64,000 nt of DNA. Origin: Antedon mediterranea (Eukaryota; Animalia; Echinodermata). Below the pieces are notes generated by a model that saw nothing but the letters and a program-made list of their open reading frames with translations, searched no databases and was not told where the DNA came from. Position numbers and translations under genes: made by a program. The DNA lies in contig NC_092678.1 of the NCBI RefSeq assembly GCF_964355755.1, positions 23,205,365 to 23,269,364 of the forward strand, written 5' to 3'. Below, in pieces: positions 26,250 to 38,700 of this stretch (position 1 is its first letter; the number at the start of each line of letters is the position of its first letter).

Positions 26250-29200
26250 ATGCCTGGAGTTCGAACCAATCGTCGTCTGTGTCTCATGGGACTAATAATG
26301 GTAACATTGGCTTTATACGGTTGGATTAAACTCTTCATGATGACTTTAAATTACGATTTTCATCCCAAGCTGGCCAGTATTACCGACATGAAGTTGTTTA
26401 CAACAGAATTGAAACATAGTCATGTAAGCAATCATTAAATTAATGAACGATTAAAACCAAAAATTCTTTAAAAGTTTGTAAAAAAGAAATAACACTTGCA
26501 TTTATTTTCAGGACTGGTACCACAAAGTTTGCTTCAATGGTTTGCGTCAAGAATTCTCAATTTCTAGGCTTGAGGATTTTCAAGAAAGGTGGAAAGTGTC
26601 TTCACAATTGGACTGCAGGTAAAATATTAAAAATAAATGATTTAAATCTTTATAATTCAATAAATATTTGCATCAATGTTTCTTCATAACTTTGTATTTA
26701 TGCTTATTTTTTTAGGGTAACGTACGATATGTTTGAACGAATTTACGACGTGAAGAGAAGGTCAGGTCAAATTGTCGTACCAGACACGTTTCAAACTAAA
26801 CTGTTAAAGTGGCTTGGAAACAGTGAGGATCTTCTACGCGAGGCAAAGCTCCAAGTAAGTACGAAAACAGGAACACCTTCAGCCTCAACTCCCATCAATT
26901 ATGTTTTTTTCTAAATCTTTCTGGAAAATAATTTAATATTCGTTTACTTTTTCTTCGACAGTTTATTACAATAATTTATAATAAATATACAAACGAAGAA
27001 ACGATTTTCAACCCATTGCGAGCAAAAAGACCCGGTGTGAATGACCAAGACGACGTTGAAACTTACCTAGATGAACTCATGCAGAAGTCGAGCAAAGACT
27101 GTGATTTCTGCGCTTACGAGTTGTAAGTTGCACTAATATAAAAACGCCAATTCATGAGGCAAAACTCTCCCTTAGCAGAAATGGTCCACATGCCTGTCAA
27201 GAGTGTCAGCCCATAAAACACACAATTGTAATTTGATGATATTAACTGCCCATCAAATATAACCCAAGGGTACTATTAGGTCATTTACAACAAGGTCACC
27301 TGGACAGCTCATGAACATTCCTATATGGTTTTCAGCAATTTCTGTGTGTCAAGATAAACAATCAGAACTGGTAAATTGTTTAAAACAGACCAAGATTTAT
27401 TACCCGGATTTTTTCAAAAACCCGGATGAAATGGACTGATTTTGCTAAGGGAGAGAAATGCCTAATGTACAGGATTTATAAACTATTTGAAAATGTTAAG
27501 GCTTTAGGAGTGGAAAGAGTCACGAGTTACAACACCAGTTTGATAGTGTATATAACTAGAAAAAAAATAACATGTTCATTGCCTTATTATATTTATGCAA
27601 CTTTTTAGTAAGACGGCGGAGGACACCTTTGGACGGATCACATCAACGTACTCAGGTACAGCAGCCAATGCTTTTAAGTACAATGGATACCACTCACTTA
27701 TTATATCTAAAAAACATAATTTTTTAGAACTAACAGAAGAGGAATTTATTGATATGATGCACACATCAATGAGATGGTAAGAATCATAAATTCATCTTTT
27801 TGAAAAAAAAAAAAGGATTTTATTTCATTTTATTTAGACATTGTTAAAACAGTTTTGGGGTGTTGGTAAAAAATGGTTCTGCCTCTACATTAGCCCAATC
27901 CATAAAGCCTTGTCTACACTATCAAACTTTATGTGACAAAAAAATGTGATGTGCCCATATATGGACATGATGATGTCATATCACTTCCATGTTTGGGCAT
28001 ATCACAACCATATTTGGGCACATCAAACTTTTTTGTCACATAAAGTTTGATAGTGTAGACAGAGCTTTAGGCATGAGAATTAAACAATTACTGTATTTAT
28101 TTTGATTACCCTCGTTGTTAAAAACTATTAGCTTTTTCTTGATTAAATCTATTAATTACAGGTATATGAAAGTGTATGAAACAGATAAAAGATATAAATA
28201 TCCGCAAATGATGTGGGACAGCCTACCAAAGGCAAGCGCCAGCCAAGTACACACACATGCACAGGCTTCAATCAGCCCTGATGGCTATTATGGTAAGGCT
28301 GCCTAATCCGTTTAGGCTATAGTGACTTATTATATTATCGGTCACATGATCTACATACAACACTCTGCATCAAATCAGAATTACTAGGCCCAAAGTCCAT
28401 AAAAATGAATATTGGAATCAAAATAAACAAACACTTACCATCAGCATGTCTTCGCAGCTATTATAATCTTGCATAGCACGAGGATAGCCTATACACCTGT
28501 TTAAATATGCAAATGAACTAAAACTACTGTCTATGAAAGAAAAAAGAATGAAAATAAGATGACAAATTAAAACAATGAAAAGAAAAGAGCTAGATGAATT
28601 AACTAAGCATAACTATGTCAACAATTGTTTGTTTTAAAGGCCTAATGAAACATATACATTTGTCAGCTACGAAGTATGCTAAGGAGAACGGTGGCTGTAA
28701 CTACTTCACAGACCTGTTACAGGTCAGTATACTTATACCCTTTTCACATTATGTAGAAATACTCTAGTTTACACACACACCCGGATTTACACACACTTGG
28801 GTTCACACTATACAAAACTATGGAGTTACACATACCTGGGTTCACACTAAAATGTGCTTTTCTATGCAATGTGAAAGGGGAATTAAAAAAACATCCTAAA
28901 TAGTCAACAGTATCAATGCATGGGCAACTAAGATGAAATTACAAGTAGAACTTTTAAATTTCAGGTTCATAATGCATTGGGGTTAGCAACAAATTTCGGT
29001 AACGCATCTGCGATGGCGTATTTAACGCCGAAAAATGATAACGAAGTTGTAATAATGTCTAGAACAGCAAATTCTGATTTTTTTAGGTAAGTTTAATTAT
29101 TTGGTTTACTATATATAATATTTTCTTATTTTTTTAATTATTTAATAAATACTATTCTGCATTATTAAATATATTTTCTTCTTTTACAGGTTATTATATT

Positions 29201-29802
29201 TTGTACTAAAAGCATTTACAGAAGACATGAAACAGTATGCCTGGAGTCTTGCCATGTTTTTACCAAAATTGGTGAGTAAAATAAATTTAAAAATTTGGAC
29301 ATAACGGACAGAAAACCTATAAAGAAACCCACTAAACTCACCTAATATGTTTCATTCCTTAGGAGCCTTGGGTAGCTCCTGGTATTGACGATATACCAGC
29401 TTTAGTTCGTATAGTAAGTCGTGGACCGGTCAACAACCCCCGGTCAGACATAAGTTCAATGGAATTATTTGGGGTAAGTTTTATAGGTCAGCAATTAATT
29501 CATAAACAAACATACTACTAATTGTGAAAAAACTATAATCATTCATTCATTTTTTTTTCTAGGCTTCAAATGTTAACATAGACCCTTTCAATGTAATACA
29601 ATATATCGAAGACTCTGTAAGAAAACGAAGCGTGATAAAACTTAAGAAAGAAAATGAACAAACAAAAGAAGAATTAAAAGAAGAATTAAAAGATTTAGAA
29701 AAAGAAAATTTAGAAAAGAAACCAGAAGATGTACAAAAAATAGAAAGTCAAGAAAAAAGTAAAGAACTACGAGAAATAAATTTAGTAAACGAGAATAAAT
29801 AA
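26250..29802 (+). CDS. Uncharacterised protein with N-terminal signal anchor and GalT/HIT-like nucleotidyltransferase motifs
   Basis: Exons about 26250-26423, 26512-26618, 26716-26855, 26962-27122, 27610-27776, 28162-28271, 28640-28722, 28965-29086, 29190-29271, 29363-29473 and 29563-29802 read continuously. Motifs: hydrophobic LCLMGLIMVTLALYGWI, FNPLRAKRP, CDFC, ANAFKY and ASASQVHTHAQ (HxHxQ). Confidence 0.8.
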
Positions 29803-29867
29803 CAAAATGATTTATTAATATATTGCATTGTACTTTTATTTGTGTACTTTTATTTGTTTACGATTAT

Positions 29868-30320
29868 TGAGTTGCTAAGCTGCGGGGAAGCTGCAGTTGA
29901 GTTGCTTAGCTGCAGTTGAGGTGCAAGGCTGCTGTGAAGCTGCAGTTGAGTTTCTAGGCTGCGGTGAAGCTGCAGTTGAGTTGCTAGTGCTCTGCTAGTC
30001 TGCCGTGAAGGTGCAGTTGAGTTGCTAGTCTGCCCTGAAGTTGCAGTTGAGATTCTATGCTGCGGTGAAGCTGCAGTTGAGTTGCTAGTGCTCTGCTAGT
30101 CTGCCATGAAGTTGCAGTTGAGTTTCTAGGCTGCTGTGAAGCTGTAGTTGAGTTTCTATGCTGCGGTGAAGCTGCAGTTGAGTTGCTAGTGCTCTGCTAG
30201 TCTGCCGTGAAGTTGCAGTTGAGTTTCTAGGCTGCCGTGAAGGTACAGTTGAGTTGCTAGGCTGCAGTGAACCTGCAGTTGGGTTGCTAGGCTGCCGTGA
30301 ACCTGCAGTTGGGTTGCTAG
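29868..30320. repeat. Minisatellite, about 30-bp unit gctgcagttgagttgctaggctgccgtgaa built of 10-bp subunits
   Basis: Tandem copies visible directly. Confidence 0.9.
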
Positions 30321-30993
30321 GTTTGATCAAATTTGAGTGACATTATACACGATATGTAATCAATACAATTGTTTATTTTTCTTAATCAATTTTAGAAGAA
30401 CAATTTAAAAGTTCTTTTCAACACTATATGAATAATGATACTTAATGTATAAAATCAAAATTGACTTTCACAAAATCACAAATACAAACATTGAATTATA
30501 TACATTGCCCCACACCGGTATACACTTAATTGTTACATTGCATTTATACATTCATTTTAAAGATTTTGGGCCAGTTTAAGACATTCCCTTATAATAGGTT
30601 TTAGAGAAAACGTATAGGGAGTTTCAACTACATAATGACACTCATTAACGATCAGAAAACAGTGTTGCAAAATATTAAGCATTCACGTGAATAAACTATC
30701 AATATTTATATAAATGTATATATTCTTTAATTCAAAAATTATTAAATATATTCTCAAATTGAGTTTAAGTATTTTAAATATATTCTATAAATAATTCATG
30801 AATCATATTTTTAATTTAAAATATATTTTGTGATTAAATACGTATCATGTGGAATTAAGTAAATGTATACAGTCTTTTTTAATTTAAAAATACAGGAATG
30901 CTTCAATATTTAAGTTTAACTACTAAAAATGAAAGACTGCTTATAAATTACACTTTGTAAAGAACACTTACTATACGCCAATGAAAGCATGTT

Positions 30994-31280
30994 GTATAAT
31001 AATAATAATATCCTGGATTTATATAGTGCCTAATGTTGTGAAACCTCTAAGCGCTGAACATTATTACCCCAGTCATTTTTTCCTGATCAAACACGTATGG
31101 AAACATACTCCCATAATGCAGCTAGTAATCAGCGCAAAGTTGTGTCTTGATCTAACCGGGTTCCTATTTATACACCTGGGTGGAGAGAGGCAAACGTAAG
31201 CAAAGTATCTTGCCTAAGGATACAAGCAATGCGGCGAGAGTTGGATTCGAACCTCGATCTCACGATTAGTAGTCAAAACA
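30994..31280 (-). mobile_element. tRNA-derived SINE with CORE-like centre and L2-like (ATT)n tail
   Basis: Minus strand: B-box ggttcgaatcc; tccttaggcaagatactt...cctctctccacccaggtgtataaat; ends cactatataaatccaggatattattattatt. Confidence 0.65.
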
Positions 31281-32726
31281 CACTGCGCCACATGCCCTTC
31301 ACTATTTTTTTAGCAATTATAGTTAATTTAGCCTGGGTACTATTATATGAATAGTCCCTCTCAATATAAAGGCTCCTTTGAGAGGTAGCGCTTGCATATT
31401 TAAATTTAGGCCGTCTAATCATATTCATTTATTTACAAGAATAAGACTTGGAAATATCAAGAAATCTACTGTATTATACTTGCTGTAGGTAGTCCTAAAT
31501 AAATATATATTAATTGCACAGTATACTATTAGATATGAAATTAAATGTCGCAATAGATTTTAGAAATAACTTATTATAACACTATTTTAGAGATTGATAA
31601 AGAAATAAAGAAAAACCTTACTATATTAAAAAAGTTGCACACTACTGTATTCAAAATTTAAGAAATAATTTTAAAAAATTACTATTGTACATATAATATA
31701 TCAAAGATTGAAAAATTTAATTTATTTGATAAAGGTTGCTTAATGATAACAAACGCCTATTTGCTAAATGTTGCTTAACGTCTATCGTGTGATATAATTT
31801 TAAACACACCGCATAAACAAAGTCTGCGCTTATTATAAAATGTAACCATACGTGTTATAATACTCGCTAGTGTTGAATGTTCAAAAGCTTCATTTATTTA
31901 ACAGCGGTGCAGGCTAAGTATGCTAAGTCTACTCCATGGTATAATATTCGACCAGACTGATTGTTCGATCAACCATGAAATACAATCTGTATTGTACAAT
32001 TGCTGACACATCACTTATCAGACACTATCGTTTGTTTGTGTATGATGTGTCTATCGTGCAAACGACAGTACCGTATATATTTTAAATAAAGAACATTCAC
32101 ACGCACAAAAATGCGACTGACAGAGATAAAGAGTGAATAAAAAACGGTAATTTCAGTTATTGAGAAATGAAAATCTACAGTCAACAGATTTGAATACGTC
32201 TGTAAACATAAATAGTTTGAAAAATGCTGTTTGTTTATATAAAAGGACAATTTGATTTATATAATTTGATGACTACTACAAACATAAAATCAAGGCTATC
32301 AATAGATGAATCAATTTTTGAAAACTGTCCGTCAATACAATATTATCAAAACCGAAACAAAAAAAGGTGAAGAATAGAGAATAAAATTTACCTTAATACC
32401 ATGCCATTCTTCAATACCATTATTTTTGTTTTGCTGTTTTGATAGTTTTTATGGACATTTTTTATTTGTCAATGACAAGTGATTGTTCACGATTTACCTT
32501 CATCGTAAAGAAAAAGATAAAAAAATGCAATTCAATCTTAACATAAACATATAATCTACTCAAAGTGTAGGATACAGCATACTAGGTTGCCCTCTATCAA
32601 CCAATTCCTTGTATGGCATGCTAAAAACAAATCGATGCCATCCTACTTTCTTCTTTTGCATTCCATAGAACAACAGATTAGACTCAACATGGTCTTAAAG
32701 CACCAAAAAATGATCAAAGGTAAATG

Positions 32727-35700
32727 TTAAATGTTGATGTTTTCAATTGGTTTCGTGCCGCTGAAATTTAAAGGATACAGCGGCATTTTGATGTCATCTT
32801 CCACCTGAAAAAACAAACAATTTAATTAACAATCAATTTTTAATTGTTTAAATTTTAATTTAAGAAATGATTTTTTATTTTACAATTTTTAGTCACATGG
32901 AATAGAAATCTTGTATTATGTATGGGGTTTAGTTAGTGGCCTTGGTTTAGCCATAGCTAGCCAAAGAAAAAATCTGTACAGTGACTATGTCTGGATTTGA
33001 ACCTACCACCCATGTACAGTATGGATACGCAACCAGGTTTTAGTGCCACTATATTTTAAACAAGAACAACTTCTAAAGGAATTTATAAACAAAAGTAAAC
33101 AAATAAAACAAGTAATACTAAAAAAAAAATATATAAAAAAACAAATTGTAGAGAGAACATACCCAATTTAAAATTTTAACTAATTAAAGTCCTGTCTACA
33201 CTATCAAACTTTATTTATTAAAAAAAATGTGATGTGCACATCTATGGACATGATGTCATATCATTAGCATATTTAAGCATATCACCACTATATTTGGGCA
33301 CATCACACTTTTTTTGTCAAACTAGTTTGATAGTGAAGACAGGGCTTTAGGATTATAAAAAGACAATGTCATGCAGGAATATTTAAAACTCATGCAGCAA
33401 AAACAACAATTATTTTAAACCAAGTTCAACAATACAACAGTATCAGAAATTAAGCAGCTCAATATGTAATGTTGTAGACATTAAAGGTAAAACATGTTAA
33501 CATCAGTATCTTAAATATCTTATTGATATTTGTATATCAAACATATAACATACATTTTGTTTTTTTTTTTTATTCTAGAATACATAAATGCAAAATTGTA
33601 TTGTGTGTTTAGAGACATTTTAAGTTTCTTTAAAATATGATGACAGCTACCAGGCTACTGCTATTTACCCCTATGATATTTTAATTTTAATTTTATTCAA
33701 TTCACAACCAATAAAAACCCCACTAATAGGCTGAGATACACAAAACAAATAACACAATAAACATTAAACTTAAACTTTTACAATTTTAGATCTAAAAATG
33801 GAGAAATTATTTTTTTAAATATATCAATGATATGATATGATATAGATTAGGCAACATGGTAGCACATGCAACACATTTTCCTAGATTTTCTTTTAATAAA
33901 CTTTGGAAGGAAAATTAAGGTGTCAGTCATGCTAGTTTTACCAATTAATAAAAACATAAATATTTTGACATGCTGCTAAATTAAATGAGTAGTTCAAGCA
34001 AGCACAACTACTTCAAATGTTGAAAATAAACTGAACATTGAAAAACAAAAAAAAAAAGAACGTAAACTGGTTGAGTTGAGATGGATGATGATGGACCTAC
34101 TTTGATTTAGCTGGTAGGAAGTAGTTTATTCTGCATTGATGAAAATTCCAGGTCCTATGATTACATGAATGTGTCGGGAGGAAAAAAGGGTTAACAATTG
34201 TAAAAACGCAATCAAAATTAACTGAAAACCTAAATATAAAATAAGGCATTTTGTATAAACTCAAAATAAAGCTGGGATTTATCTTTCATAACAAATATAT
34301 AATTTAACAGACATGGGATAAGTATGATTTTCAGGCAAAATAAAAAAATAATTAAAAAAAAATGAAATAACAATGAGGTATTTTAATTTTATTTAATATG
34401 GTGATGGGTCACTGAAGAAATTTTGTATTATGAATTATATGAACAGAAAAAGAATGAAAATGAAAGGAAGAAAAGGCTAGATAACTAAAGGAAGAAATAG
34501 TCAGTGCATCTCTTTTTTATTTTCTACTCTTGATATTCTATTTGATAACTGTCACTGGTTGGTTCCCATTTTAGACAAATAAAGTTGATAAGAAAAAAGA
34601 GAGGGAAATGGAAGAAAGAAAGAAAGAAAGAAGAAAGGAAAAAAAGAAGACAAAAGATAGAAATAAAGAAAGCAAAAAAGACTAAAAGAAAAAAAAGAAA
34701 AAAGATACAGACAAAAAAAAAGAAAGAAAGAAAGAAAGAAGGAGAGAGAATAAAGAGACTTCTATTTTAATATTTTCTTAGAGTGACTCACCTTGTCTGA
34801 AGAGTTGCTGCTGCCAAGTGATTTCAACTTGCTAAAGAAAGACGTTGATTTGCCATCCTCAAAGATGATGTTGTCTTCCTCCTCGTCCTCTCCAATAGCG
34901 CATGTTTCTGCCGCGGGTAATTCTCCAGAGGCAGAAGCAACCAGCTTTTGATACTTGTATTCAAGTCTGATAAGACAAACAATTAAAAAATGAATACTTT
35001 AAACAACTAGTGCCAAGGGGCAGACTGTTTCGGCCGCAGATAATTCCCCAGAGGCAGGAGCAACCAGCTTTTGATACTTGTATTCAAGTCTGATAAGACA
35101 AACAATTAGAAAATGAATACTTCAAACAACTAGTGCCATTATAAAGCGGCAGACTGTTTCTGCCGCAGATAATTCCCCAGAGGCAGAAGCAACCAGCTTT
35201 ATAAGTAAGGAGGCAGTTTTTATTGCAAGGAGGCAGATTGCGTTCAAAATAGATTATGCGCTTCCTTTATGATAGGTAGGCATATACATCACAATGTCCA
35301 CACACAACAATCATTAGGGTATCAAAATTACTAGAAATGTACTGGGAAGGTTTCAACTACACTATCAAAATTAATGTGACCAAAAACAAATGATGTGCCC
35401 ATATATGAACATGATGATTTCATATCACTACCTTATTTTGGCATATCACTACGATATTTGGGCACATCACATTTTTTTGGTCAAACTAGTTTGATAGTGT
35501 AGACAGAGCTTCAAACATTTGAAACTCGTCCTGTGGTGGGTAACTCATCTAATCATTATGTCAGTTCATATAGGACTTTAAGGTTATATTACTTACGTTT
35601 TATTCTGCTTCCAGACAACGACTACAATTACTATAAGTACAAGGAGTGAGAACACGAAGCCTGCGATAGCAAGTTGGCCATACCATGGTATCATACTACA

Positions 35701-38700
35701 AACACTGGTGATAGGCTCTGGTAGTGGAACTCCATCACGACACACTCTACAAATAAACAGTAGGGAGCAAATTAATTCAACCAATATTAATATTTATTCA
35801 ATTAAACTTTATTAACCACAGAGGCCCAGGTCAACACATACTAATAAAATTTCAACAATGTTTTTACAATATTACGTACCGTGTATAAAAATATATTTAA
35901 AAGTTTTAATAAAGTCCATGTTTGAATGATGTTAGGGTCATAGACGAGCACAACTTTATATGCAAGGCTATGTTTTATATATTCAGTCTTAGGTAAATGC
36001 AGAGAAACATTTAAGTGACTATGCCTAGGGTTGAATGTATTATTAATTATGATAGGCTAGTGGATTGGGGTAGAGACAATTTTTCATGAAAAAAATGATT
36101 TACATGTAGATGTTTTTTCTGATTCCTACCTTGTACTATTCCATACATATTGTTTCACCTGCTTGCCTGCGGAGCATTCACCCTTGATTGCGTAATAATC
36201 ATCTTCCATACATTCTGGGCAAGCAGCGGCCGTCATCCACAGGAAATGGAATGTGCACCCGTCACACGTGCCACCTGGACACTTTTCGGGAAGGTGCAGA
36301 ACACCACGACCATCTGCATTCTTATCGCACCTCAAAATAAGTTCGGTTGAACGGCCATTTTTGCATGCTTTTGTGGATCTATAGGCAATATGAATGTAAT
36401 AAGATATGATAATGTACTAGTTCATGCTATAGGCCTACTAAACACACATTCAATTCAATTCAATTTTATAATGTAAGATACATCAATTGTGTAATATGAG
36501 TTTTTTGTTTGTTTTTTAAGTAGAATGCACTTATGCTGGAGAAACTTAAATAATCCCAGAGGGCTTTAAGGCTAGTTCCACAAGAAAAAAATAATTCAAA
36601 ATTTGTTATAGAGAGAGTAGTACTGTATGACATAATGGTAAGGAGTATCAGACTGTGGGAGGCATGGGTTCAATAGTTTACTTTAACTGCCTCGTCCTAA
36701 GGGTGGGACATAAAGCTGTTGGGTAATATGTATATACATTGCATATGTGGACAATACAGAACTTGGTACATTTTAATATCCTATTCAAAAGAAGTCTCAC
36801 ACTGAGATGGGTCCTGGACTAGGTCATGGACCAAGTCCTGGACTGGGTCATGAACCAAGTCCTGGACTGGGTCATGGACCAAGTCCTGGACTGGGTCATG
36901 GACCAAGTCCTGGACTGGGTCATGGACCAAGTCCTGGACTGGGTCATGGACCAAGTCCTGGACTGGGTCATGGACCAAGTCCTGTACTGGGTCCTGGACT
37001 AGGTCATGGACCAAGTCCTGGACTGGGTCATGGACCAAGTCCTGTACTGGGTCCTGGACTAGGTCATGGACCAAGTCCTGGACTAGGTCATGGATCGGGT
37101 CCTCATGGAGAAAAGTCTTGTTACACAGTATAAATCGAAAAATAAATTCAAAACAAAATTATTCTTTACTCACTCAGATGAATGGAAGTAAAACTTGAGG
37201 TCTGGGATGTCATAGGGACTTTCTGGGAACACAGACTTAGTGATACCTGCTAAACCCATAGCATCATTTAGACCAATCAGCTGATCACCAATGCTGAAAA
37301 GAAATGGTAAAATATAAACATCCTGTTCTACTATTTTATCCTAGGTCCCCTTCGTTATACGACACTCCATGTGGCTGTGCATCAATCCATATACGCATAG
37401 CAACATGAAAACGAAACATTTGATTTGATTTCCCGGCACCGGACCAAAACAATGCCAGAACAGGTGTTAAAGACCCTTTAGTCCCAGAGGGAAGTTGTAG
37501 GCTAAATTAGGATTATACCCAAACATTGGATTTATACTTATATGATAATAAAACTATGCTTCTACCTGACAGGCTGGGCAGACAGTGTTGCCTCGTTTTC
37601 CCCTGTAGGGGATGGGATAATGGTTGAACGGCAGATCAGCGATTTTACATCATCGTCGAAGTCCTCAGTTTTCTGGAAAATATACAAAAGATATTTAAAT
37701 ATACAGTAATATGATTGTTTGAGCATTAACTCCCAATATTAGTGCTTCCTGGTTTGGGAGTGCTTCCGGGTTTGGGAGTGCTTCCGGGTTTGGGAGTGCT
37801 TCCGGGTTTGGGAGAGTTTCTGGTTTTGGGATAGTTTCCGGGTTTGGGAGAGTTCCTGTGTCTGAAACCGGGAAAGTTGACTAACCTCTGAATGAATAGT
37901 AACATTGTTTTTACACAACGCTGTGCCAACTCCATTATTTCCACACAGACTGATGTTAAATAAAGAATTGAATCTGGTACCCTTAGCTGAGAAACTTGCA
38001 CCAGACAACACGGAATGGAAACTAAAAAGAAATTCAAATTAAAAACATTTTCTGTTAAATCGTAATGAGTGAGAAAAATTGGTGTCCTCTAAATCTTTGT
38101 CTACACTATCAAACTAGTTTAACAAAAAAGTGTGATGTGCCCAAATATGGTAGTGATATGCTCAAATATGGTAGTGATATGACATCATTATGTCCATATA
38201 TGGATACCCCACATCAAGTTTGATAGTATAGACAGCTTAATAAAGGTTCTACTGAATTTCAGTTATTTTTTTTATCAAGCATTTTGACTTACCCATTCAA
38301 ACTTGTTAGATCATAGTGTTTGTAATCGTACACCAAATGGCAGTCAGCGTAGCAGACAGAGTTCTTGTAAGTCTTCAGGCCCTCACCACATGGGATGCAA
38401 GACTCTTCACCATATGGGTGAGCATTCTGTAAATATGTATCTTAAAACAAAAGAAACAAATATATTTAAATATCATAACCTAACATTCTTGAAATTATGA
38501 AAAGATAAATTTATTTAATTGTATTTTGACTTGATTTTCTTGCCTACATTTACTCCAGAAGACAGTTTTTAAGGTGATATTATAACCTTCTTTAAATTAT
38601 GACATAATAAATGTTACTGCTTGAAGGGTTGCATGGTGTATACAGTACCGTACCTAGCATTACTCCAGACGACAGGTTTAAAGGCATCTATTATCATCCT

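Noticed and set aside
36781-37133. DPVQDLVH and GPSPGLGH repeat ORFs
   Set aside because: Both come from a 24-bp minisatellite; the flanking ELAPOR exons join without them.
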